64,000 bases of DNA, from the NCBI GenBank assembly GCA_003140935.1, contig PLLJ01000042.1, positions 10,144 through 74,143 of the forward strand. The letters run 5' to 3'. This document shows, piece after piece, positions 56,779 to 64,000 of the stretch. Under the pieces are notes generated by a model, which saw only the letters and a list, made by a program, of their open reading frames with translations, did no database searches and had not been told where the DNA came from. Positions within the stretch are counted from its first letter, which is position 1. Each line of letters starts with the position of its first letter. This DNA comes from Candidatus Omnitrophota bacterium. Its GTDB lineage: Bacteria > Omnitrophota > Omnitrophia > Omnitrophales > Aquincolibacteriaceae. Position numbers and translations under genes: made by a program.

Positions 56779-58632
56779 ATGCCGATCCAAAAAAGACGTA
56801 AAGATGTCCGGAATGTCGCTATTGTCGCTCACGTCGACCACGGAAAGACCACGCTCGTTGACGCCCTTTTAAAACAGAGCGGTGCCTACAAGTTCGAGGC
56901 TGGAGAATCTACCATTATGGATTCCAACGATCTGGAGCGCGAGCGCGGGATCACCATCTTTTCAAAGAACGCCTCGTTCCGTTATAAGGACGTGCAATTC
57001 AATATCGTGGACACACCCGGCCACGCCGATTTCGGAAGCGAAGTCGAGCGGATCCTCAAGATGGTCGACGGGGTCCTGCTCTTGGTCGATGCCTATGACG
57101 GGCCGATGCCTCAGACCAAATTTGTTTTAAAAAAATCCCTTGCCTTACATCTGAAACCGATCCTCGTGGTCAATAAAATAGACCGTCCGAATTGCCGGCC
57201 CCACGAAGTGATGGACATGACGTTCGATCTTTTTTGTGAGTTGAATGCCACGGACGAACAGCTGGATTTTCCCGTGGTGTATGCCTCGGGCCGGGAGGGA
57301 TGGGCTGCGCTGGACCTTGAAGACGAGCGGAAGGATATGACTCCGCTCCTTGAGACTATTTTGCATCGTGTCCTGCCGCCGATCGCGGATCCCGAACAGC
57401 CGTTCCAGATGCTTGTGACCATGCTTGATTATGATAATTATGTGGGGCGCATTGCGATCGGACGCATTGCCCACGGACAGATCCGTTACGGCGATCCCAT
57501 GGTCGTGGTGAAGCTTAACGGCGAGGTGATCCGCGGCAAAGTGACCAAGATCCTGAAGTACCAGGGGCTCCAGCGGGTCGAAGCTCAGGACGCGATGGCC
57601 GGGGATATTATTTCCATCAGCGGGATCGACGATGTAAAAGTGGGAGAAACGCTGGCTTCTCCGGACAAACCTGAGGCATTGCCGACCTTAAAGATCGACG
57701 AGCCTACGATCTCCATGAATTTCTCCCATAATACCAGCCCGCTTGCAGGTAAGGACGGCGGCCGGTTCCTGACCTCCCGTCATATCCGTGAACGGCTCAC
57801 GCATGAAGCAATGATGAATGTCGGGGTCAAAGTGGAAGAGGTGGAAGGCGGGGAACGTTTCAAGGTCTCCGGCCGCGGGGAACTGCATCTTGCGATCCTG
57901 ATCGAGACGATGCGCCGCGAAGGTTACGAACTGGAGGTTTCGCCGCCGAAAGTGATCTTGAAGACGGTCGAAGGAGAACTTTATGAGCCCGTGGAAGAAG
58001 TCACCATCGAAGTGGACCCCGGCTATCAGGGCTGGGTGATTGAAGCTTTGGGGAAGCGCCGGGCCGAGATGAAGCACATGAACATGAGTGCGGTGGGCGG
58101 GACGGTCCGCATGGAATTCCTTGTCGCGTCGCGAGCGCTCCTGGGTTTTCGCAATGAATTCATGGTCATGACGCGCGGGACGGGTATGATGTACCAGAAT
58201 TTTTTTGAATACCAGCCGTTCAAAGGCGATATGCCCGAGCGTCAGTCCGGCGTGCAGATATCCCAATTGGACGGAAAAGCGGTGGCCTATTCGCTTTGGG
58301 GCCTTCAGGAGCGCGGAGAGATCTTTGTCCAGCCGGGCTGTATCCTTTACGAAGGGATGATCATCGGCGTGAACAATAAGGGGCATGATCTTGTCGTGAA
58401 CGCGATCCGTGAAAAAAAGCAGACCAATATGCGTTCCTCCGGAGCCGATGAGGCGATCCAGCTGATCACGCCCCGGGAAATGACTCTAGAGTTTGCGCTG
58501 GAGTTCATCGAAGAGGACGAACTTGTGGAGATCACCCCGAAGAATATCCGGTTGCGGAAAAGGTATTTGACTGAAAACGAGCGTAAGGCTATGGGGCGGG
58601 TGGCCGTGGGCAAAAGGCTGGGTTCCTCCTAG
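56779..58632 (+). CDS. typA: Translational GTPase TypA/BipA
   Basis: AHVDHGKTTL, DTPGHADFG, GRGELHL, ITPKNIRLRK. Confidence 0.97.
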   Translation: MPIQKRRKDVRNVAIVAHVDHGKTTLVDALLKQSGAYKFEAGESTIMDSNDLERERGITIFSKNASFRYKDVQFNIVDTPGHADFGSEVERILKMVDGVLLLVDAYDGPMPQTKFVLKKSLALHLKPILVVNKIDRPNCRPHEVMDMTFDLFCELNATDEQLDFPVVYASGREGWAALDLEDERKDMTPLLETILHRVLPPIADPEQPFQMLVTMLDYDNYVGRIAIGRIAHGQIRYGDPMVVVKLNGEVIRGKVTKILKYQGLQRVEAQDAMAGDIISISGIDDVKVGETLASPDKPEALPTLKIDEPTISMNFSHNTSPLAGKDGGRFLTSRHIRERLTHEAMMNVGVKVEEVEGGERFKVSGRGELHLAILIETMRREGYELEVSPPKVILKTVEGELYEPVEEVTIEVDPGYQGWVIEALGKRRAEMKHMNMSAVGGTVRMEFLVASRALLGFRNEFMVMTRGTGMMYQNFFEYQPFKGDMPERQSGVQISQLDGKAVAYSLWGLQERGEIFVQPGCILYEGMIIGVNNKGHDLVVNAIREKKQTNMRSSGADEAIQLITPREMTLEFALEFIEEDELVEITPKNIRLRKRYLTENERKAMGRVAVGKRLGSS

Positions 58633-58720
58633 CGCAGTTTGACGGGGCTTTGTGGCAGGAGCAAGATTTTATGTATCATCAAGGCAGTATAAAAACCCAA
58701 ACTCACCGAAAGGAGTCACC

Positions 58721-59377
58721 ATGAAAAAATGGTTTTTACTTTCTTATTGTCTTCTTCTCGCAGGATGCGCAGGGCAAACGTCGGTAACCACGGCGTCCTC
58801 CCAAAACGCATCGCGCACCGGATCGCCGACCGCTGTCCCGGAAACGCAAACCGTAGCGCCCGTTCCGACCCCCGTTCCTTCCACCCCAACCCCCGAAACA
58901 GCAAAGGATAACACTATTGTGAAGATCAAGATCGAGACTACGATGGGAGATATTTACGCGGATCTGTATCAAGCGGAAGTGCCGAAGACCGTCGAGAATT
59001 TCGTGACGCTCGCCAAAAAAGGTTTTTATGACGGGATCATTTTCCACCGCGTGATTCCGGGCTTCATGATCCAGACCGGCGATCCGACGGGCACCGGTAT
59101 GGGCGGACCGGGATACCAGTTCGCGGACGAATTTTCGAAGAAACTGCGTCATGACAAACCGGGCGTACTCGCCATGGCGAATTCCGGGCCGAACACCAAC
59201 GGCAGTCAGTTCTTCATCACCGAGGTCCCGACCCCGTGGCTGGATGACCGTCATTCCGTTTTCGGGCAGGTGACCGGAGGCATGGATGTGGTGCTCGCGA
59301 TCGCCCAGGCGCCCCGGGACCGTCAGGATAAGCCGGTCCAGAAGATCGCCATGAATAAAGTCGTCGTTCTTTCCTAA
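58721..59377 (+). CDS. Cyclophilin-type peptidyl-prolyl isomerase, lipoprotein with P/T-rich linker
   Basis: Lipobox LAGC; [31 protein letters not shown]. Confidence 0.94.
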   Translation: MKKWFLLSYCLLLAGCAGQTSVTTASSQNASRTGSPTAVPETQTVAPVPTPVPSTPTPETAKDNTIVKIKIETTMGDIYADLYQAEVPKTVENFVTLAKKGFYDGIIFHRVIPGFMIQTGDPTGTGMGGPGYQFADEFSKKLRHDKPGVLAMANSGPNTNGSQFFITEVPTPWLDDRHSVFGQVTGGMDVVLAIAQAPRDRQDKPVQKIAMNKVVVLS

Positions 59378-59444
59378 TCATTCAGGAAGAGATTCTTACC
59401 CCGCAGCGCCGGTGTAAAAACACCGGCGCCGTGCGGAGGCACCG

Positions 59445-60689
59445 ATGCAGCCAACTTCATGGGACGTGATCATTATAGGGGCGGGACCGGCGGGGCTCAT
59501 GGCCGCGATTCCCTGCGCCGAAAGCGGACTTCGGACTCTCGTTCTTGATTCCCAAGGAACGATCGGGGCCAAGCTTCTTCTCTCCGGCGGCGGTCGTTGC
59601 AATGTGACCAACCTTAAGGTCAGCGAAAAGGATTATCAGACCGGCGAGCCCCGGACCGTACGCAATATTCTTCGGTCTTTTCCTCCCGAGCGCACTCTGG
59701 CATTTTTCAAAGAACTCGGTGTGGAGATGGTCCTGGAGGAAGGGACGAAATATTTTCCTGAGCGGCAGTCCGCGAAAGTCGTGCTTCAAGCTTTACTCCG
59801 GGCTTCCCAGCATGCCGGTGTAATAATTCAAACAGGGAAAAAAGTCAAAACCGTTTCCAAAGAGCGCAAAAATTTCTGTGTTAGGGGAGAAGATTTCGAG
59901 TGTTCCGCCGAAACGCTTGTGATCGCGACCGGTGGCCTGTCGTACCCGGGGACCGGAAGCGACGGCTCAGGCTATCTTTTGGCGAAGTCTTTGGGGCACA
60001 GGATCGTTCCGACAACACCCGCGCTCGCGCCTCTCATTACGGACGAACCCGATTGGAAAACTCTTGCGGGCATTACGCTGCCGGTCAGGCTTTCCGTGAT
60101 CGCTGAAGGGAAAAAGATCGCCGGGAGCGAAGGGGCGCTGCTTTTTACGCATCTTGGTTTCAGCGGACCCGCGGCACTCGATATCAGCGGGTCGTGGCTC
60201 CGCTGTCAGACAGCACAAAAAAATCTGGTCGTAAATTTTCTCCCAGCTCGCCGGGAGGCAGATCTTTTGGCGGAATGGGCGCGCGGGGTCGCGGAACATC
60301 CCGATCGGAGTTGGAAACGCTCCCTCACGCAATATCTTCCCGAAAGGCTCGCGGAAGTCCTTCTCAGAAAAAGCGGGATCGATCCAAGATCACGGCTCGA
60401 TCAGATCTCCAAAAAAGGAAGAGCATCTTTCATCCGTGCTCTTCTTCATTGTCCGATCGGAGTGAGCGGTTCGCAAGGGTATGAAAAAGCCGAGGTCACT
60501 GCGGGCGGGGTGGACCTCGGGGAGGTCGACCCGAAGACCTTGGCGTCAAATTTGTGCCCCCGTCTTTTCTTTGCGGGAGAGGTCCTGGACGTGGACGGCC
60601 GTATCGGCGGGTTCAATTTCCAGTGGGCTTGGTCAAGCGGGGCCGTGGTCGGGCAGGCGATCATGCGCGAGCTGAGTCTTCAAGCTTGA
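59445..60689 (+). CDS. HI0933/YhiN/BaiN-family flavoprotein
   Basis: GAGPAG, SGGGRCNVTN, ATGGLSYP, GGFNFQWAWSSG. Confidence 0.93.
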   Translation: MQPTSWDVIIIGAGPAGLMAAIPCAESGLRTLVLDSQGTIGAKLLLSGGGRCNVTNLKVSEKDYQTGEPRTVRNILRSFPPERTLAFFKELGVEMVLEEGTKYFPERQSAKVVLQALLRASQHAGVIIQTGKKVKTVSKERKNFCVRGEDFECSAETLVIATGGLSYPGTGSDGSGYLLAKSLGHRIVPTTPALAPLITDEPDWKTLAGITLPVRLSVIAEGKKIAGSEGALLFTHLGFSGPAALDISGSWLRCQTAQKNLVVNFLPARREADLLAEWARGVAEHPDRSWKRSLTQYLPERLAEVLLRKSGIDPRSRLDQISKKGRASFIRALLHCPIGVSGSQGYEKAEVTAGGVDLGEVDPKTLASNLCPRLFFAGEVLDVDGRIGGFNFQWAWSSGAVVGQAIMRELSLQA

Positions 60690-60806
60690 CCCTGTTTATG
60701 CCGTTACAAAACAAACGAATTTCATGGTCACAAACAGTTTTTATGGGTAGATTATGCAAGGTTTCCTTCCGCATTTACATTTAACAGCATAGAACGGGGT
60801 TCCTTC

Positions 60807-62180
60807 ATGAAAAGAAGTGTTTTATTCTTGCTCGCGTTTCTCTTTATTTTTTCGATGGCCTATGCCGAAGAGGAGCTTCCGCCGCTTCCTAAGGGTCCGA
60901 TGATCCTCACGAGCGCTACTCCCGCGATGCAGTCACCGGAATACTGGATCAAACGCATTCCGGGAGCGGAAAAACCCATCAAGACCATGGATCAAATGAA
61001 ACATTTCAATGAAGAGATCAAGCACATGGTGCCTGAGAACATCGACGTCCTTAAGCTCGACAAGACACGTCCCGGAAAGGCGGTCATCGACCAACTTCAA
61101 TTAGAGTACGACACGCTCAAGAACCGCAAGCTTTTCGATGAAAACGACAAAGTCGTTCCCCAAAGTTTTTTTGAGGAAAAGGTCAAGCCCCTCATGCAGA
61201 TCGACCAAGTGCCCTCCAAGATCAAAGTGAAGTGGGGTGTGGCGACACAAGCCACCTCGGTGCGCGCGGTCCCGACGATGGTAAAAATGATCGAGGGAAA
61301 AGGGGACGTCGAGTTTGATCAGCTGCAATACACTTTGATCAAGCTTTGGACGCCGGTGGCGATCTATCACAAGTCCAGCGATGAAAAATGGTTCTATATT
61401 CAAGCGCCGTATATCCGGGGATGGGTCAAGGCGAAAGATATCGTGATCTTCGAAGGACGCGACGAGCTTAAGACGCGCCTTAAGTCCGGCAGTTTTCTTG
61501 TGGTCACGGGTGAAAGTGTCCGCGTGTTCCGCGACGCGACTTTGAAAGATGTTTTTCAGCGGCCGAGCATGGGAACGGTGATCCCCATGGCGACTTCCAA
61601 GTCTTCCGAAGGGGCTTATCCCGTGTGGATACCCTATCGCAAAGAGAGCGGGGCCGTGGGGCTAACGAAATGTTACATCAGCCGCAAAAGCGATGTGACC
61701 AAGGGTTTCCCGGTGTACAGTCAGGCGAATGTGATCCGCCAGGCGTTCAAACTCTTGGGCGCACGCTATGGCTGGGGCGGGCAATACAACGGTCGCGACT
61801 GTTCTGGATTTACGCATGACGTTTTCTTGAGCATGGGTGTGGATCTGCCGCGCGATTCCAAACAGCAAGCCATGGTCGGAACGCAGCTTGGATATTTTGA
61901 ACCTTTCCGGGATGACGCGCAAAGAAAAGCAACCTTAAGGGCCTCAAGACCCGGGATCACGCTCCTCAAGATGCCGCATCACGAGATGATCTATCTCGGG
62001 ACCGTGAACGATCAGTTCTATGTGATCCATTCGACCTGGGCCGAGCGTACCGGCGACGACCCAGTGGCGGATGAGAAGAACCGGATCAACCAGGTGGTCG
62101 TTTCCGATCTGGAACTGAACGGCCGTTCCTATATCGGGTCGCTTTTTGACCGCATCCTTTCTATCAACGAGGTCGATTAG
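60807..62180 (+). CDS. Secreted SH3 + NlpC/P60 cell-wall peptidase
   Basis: Signal peptide; YGWGG..RDCS catalytic motif; HEMIYLG; VIHS. Confidence 0.9.
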   Translation: MKRSVLFLLAFLFIFSMAYAEEELPPLPKGPMILTSATPAMQSPEYWIKRIPGAEKPIKTMDQMKHFNEEIKHMVPENIDVLKLDKTRPGKAVIDQLQLEYDTLKNRKLFDENDKVVPQSFFEEKVKPLMQIDQVPSKIKVKWGVATQATSVRAVPTMVKMIEGKGDVEFDQLQYTLIKLWTPVAIYHKSSDEKWFYIQAPYIRGWVKAKDIVIFEGRDELKTRLKSGSFLVVTGESVRVFRDATLKDVFQRPSMGTVIPMATSKSSEGAYPVWIPYRKESGAVGLTKCYISRKSDVTKGFPVYSQANVIRQAFKLLGARYGWGGQYNGRDCSGFTHDVFLSMGVDLPRDSKQQAMVGTQLGYFEPFRDDAQRKATLRASRPGITLLKMPHHEMIYLGTVNDQFYVIHSTWAERTGDDPVADEKNRINQVVVSDLELNGRSYIGSLFDRILSINEVD

Positions 62181-62733
62181 ATTGTTACGCAGGACGTTCG
62201 TCCTCTCAATTATTTTGTTTTTCATGGTTCCCGCCTGCTTTCTCCACGCGGAGAAAATGGAAGTCCCGTCGAAAGGATTATCGATCGAACCTTCGCAGGA
62301 TTGGATCGAACTGCCACCTCCGTTCCAGGGCGTGGTGGTTTCCTACGGGAAGAAGGGGACTTTGGCTACCTTCCATATCACCGAAAGAACTCTCGATGAG
62401 GTTAAAAACATTGACCAGTTGAAGTGGGAAGACCTCTTCAGTCCGGAATTCGGATCGATCGATATCCGGACGCAGAACGTTACTTTTGTCGGCGGGGAAA
62501 AAGCGAAGTTTTGCGTTTATACGCTGAAGCCGGGTGAGTTTAAAAGAACCATGGAAGGCAAGCTTCCCGCCAAATATATCAATTATGTCCTGATCCACCA
62601 AGGCAAACTCTTTTCCATCACGTTCGCGGATAAAGAGGATGGATTTGCAGTGACCTATCCGTCGTTCCTTGCCGTTATTCGTACGCTCCGGTTCGATGCG
62701 ACGAAGCCAGTCCCTCCGCGGAAACCGGTATGA
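62146..62733 (+). CDS. Hypothetical exported protein (possibly PsbP-like fold)
   Basis: Signal-like hydrophobic segment; HQGKLFSITF...TLRF; start uncertain. Confidence 0.5.
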   Translation: MTASFLSTRSIRLLRRTFVLSIILFFMVPACFLHAEKMEVPSKGLSIEPSQDWIELPPPFQGVVVSYGKKGTLATFHITERTLDEVKNIDQLKWEDLFSPEFGSIDIRTQNVTFVGGEKAKFCVYTLKPGEFKRTMEGKLPAKYINYVLIHQGKLFSITFADKEDGFAVTYPSFLAVIRTLRFDATKPVPPRKPV

Positions 62734-63077
62734 CATTCCGGGATTTTCTTGCCGAGCTCCAGACCCTCAAAATCGAAGAATTACGCGCTCAAAGCGAGGA
62801 ATATTTTGAAGCCGTGATCTCCAGGACCCATCTTGATCCTCTGCATAAGATCCTGACGGCTTATTTTGGTCCGCCGCTCAAGCCCGAAGGTCAGTCGCCT
62901 TCCGGAGAGGCGAACCAACGCGCCAAACCCCACGGAGGGATACGCAAGGATCAGACGATGTATTTTCGCCAAGACGGGGATCATGCCGAGTGCGCGCTTC
63001 TTTGGCCTTGGGGAAATGGCATTTGCATTACGGTCAAGATCATTCAGTCCCAAAGCTCCGTTCCGGCAGGCGGTTGA
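62730..63077 (+). CDS. Hypothetical protein
   Basis: ATGA overlap with the upstream gene; GGIR..QT.Y and LWPW segments. Confidence 0.6.
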   Translation: MTFRDFLAELQTLKIEELRAQSEEYFEAVISRTHLDPLHKILTAYFGPPLKPEGQSPSGEANQRAKPHGGIRKDQTMYFRQDGDHAECALLWPWGNGICITVKIIQSQSSVPAGG

Positions 63078-63173
63078 AAGAGTTTTCTGGAAAGTCTCCT
63101 TTTTTGCAAGTCCTGAGGATTATCCCAACGCATTGATCCCAAGCCAGTTAGAGAGATTGTTTAGAAGGTTCTT

Positions 63174-63206
63174 GAACTGGACAGAAACAGTCTGGTTTGT
63201 TATAAT
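63174..63206 (+). promoter_or_regulatory. Sigma-70 promoter with IscR-type GAC-N7-GTC operator
   Basis: TGGACA-N17-TATAAT (TG extended); gaactgGACagaaacaGTCtggttt. Confidence 0.6.
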
Positions 63207-63272
63207 TTCGTATAAGAGTAAAGTGACAAGGTAAAGAATGCCTGTCCACTCGGCAGTGAAGAAAGGAAGGAT

Positions 63273-63737
63273 ATGCGGTATACCACGAAGACAGAGTACG
63301 GTGTCATTTGCCTCGCGCACATGGCCAAGAAGCTTTGGCCGGGGGCAAGTACGGCCAAGGAGATCGCCGTGCACGAAGGATTTTCTGTGACCTTTACGGA
63401 GAAGATCCTGCAGGGGCTGAGGCGGGCCGGCATTACGACTTCCCAACAGGGAAACCGGGGCGGGTGGGCCTTGACCCGGCCGTCTGCCGAGATCACCCTC
63501 AAAGAGATCATCGAGGCTTTGGAAGGAAGCACCTTCGAGGCTTTTTGTGATATCAAGCACCGGAAGAGCATTGTTTGCACTCATTTTTCATTGTGCACAT
63601 TAAAACCAATTTGGTACAAGACGCAAAAAACCCTGGATGAACTTTATCAGACCATCACGCTCAAGATGATCGCCGAAGATGTGATGGGCCCGGCACAAGA
63701 ACCGGAACTTGCAGTTACTTCGAGGAAGAAGCCATGA
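63273..63737 (+). CDS. Rrf2/IscR-like regulator of the suf operon
   Basis: TEYGVICL, GNRGGWAL, C-terminal Cys cluster; ATGA overlap with sufB. Confidence 0.9.
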   Translation: MRYTTKTEYGVICLAHMAKKLWPGASTAKEIAVHEGFSVTFTEKILQGLRRAGITTSQQGNRGGWALTRPSAEITLKEIIEALEGSTFEAFCDIKHRKSIVCTHFSLCTLKPIWYKTQKTLDELYQTITLKMIAEDVMGPAQEPELAVTSRKKP

Positions 63738-64000
63738 CCGACGCGGGATCTTTTTTGCCTGAGGATTATGCTTATGGGTTCGTGACGCCGGTCGAGTCCG
63801 ACGCCGCGCCGCGAGGCCTGAGCGAGGATACGATCCGTTTCATTTCTAAAAAGAAGAACGAACCCGCCTTCATGCTCGAGTGGCGGCTCGCCGCTTACCG
63901 CGAATGGCTCAAGATGAAAGAGCCTGATTGGTCGAGCGTCCGTTATCCCAAGATCGATTATCAGGACATCATCTATTACTCCGCGCCGAGGCAAAAAAAG
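63734..64000 (+). CDS. sufB: Fe-S assembly protein SufB (5' partial)
   Basis: MTDAGSFLPEDYAYGF...GLSEDTIRFISKKKNEPAFMLEWRL...IDYQDIIYYSAP, runs off the window edge. Confidence 0.93.
   Translation, partial: MTDAGSFLPEDYAYGFVTPVESDAAPRGLSEDTIRFISKKKNEPAFMLEWRLAAYREWLKMKEPDWSSVRYPKIDYQDIIYYSAPRQKK

Noticed and set aside
1-64000. CRISPR array, IS or transposase, rRNA, recoded stop codons
   Set aside because: No regularly spaced repeats with spacers and no transposase motifs were seen, and genes are full length under the standard code.

Overview
Gene-dense window of moderate GC, with almost all genes on the + strand. It probably comes from an anaerobic or microaerobic Gram-negative bacterium. 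An OmcB-like lipoprotein points to the PVC superphylum, plausibly Ca. Omnitrophota, but that taxonomy is inference only. Contents in order: (1) a TolC/MFP/two-permease RND operon, a HAMP-like membrane protein and a secreted CBM11-like protein; (2) an unusual signalling locus (11.9-21.4 kb) with an SRPBCC + acyl-ACP-reductase-like fusion enzyme, three 7TM-sensor histidine kinases, two stand-alone receivers and a PhcB-like SAM methyltransferase, where AT-rich segments cover the methyltransferase and two sensor domains; (3) rmlC, DUF167, an MMPL transporter, the OmcB homolog, tRNA-Thr and tRNA-Tyr; (4) a c-di-GMP phosphodiesterase, a GH13 enzyme, glgP and an MFS transporter; (5) an 11-PAS kinase, a receiver and a GAF-ANTAR protein, then a double-terminator leader in front of gdhA; (6) Rrf2-ptsI-hcp, followed by radical SAM-nadA-ilvD-fprA-nitroreductase; (7) GT9, a TMTC-like protein, cspA, typA, a cyclophilin, an HI0933 flavoprotein, an NlpC/P60 protein, a second Rrf2 and the start of sufB. 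The best candidate for an undescribed system is the acyl-ACP-derived signal synthesis and sensing locus, a putative quorum-sensing system with a swappable specificity cassette. No CRISPR array, integrase, transposase or rRNA was seen. All family calls come from recalled motifs, not database searches.
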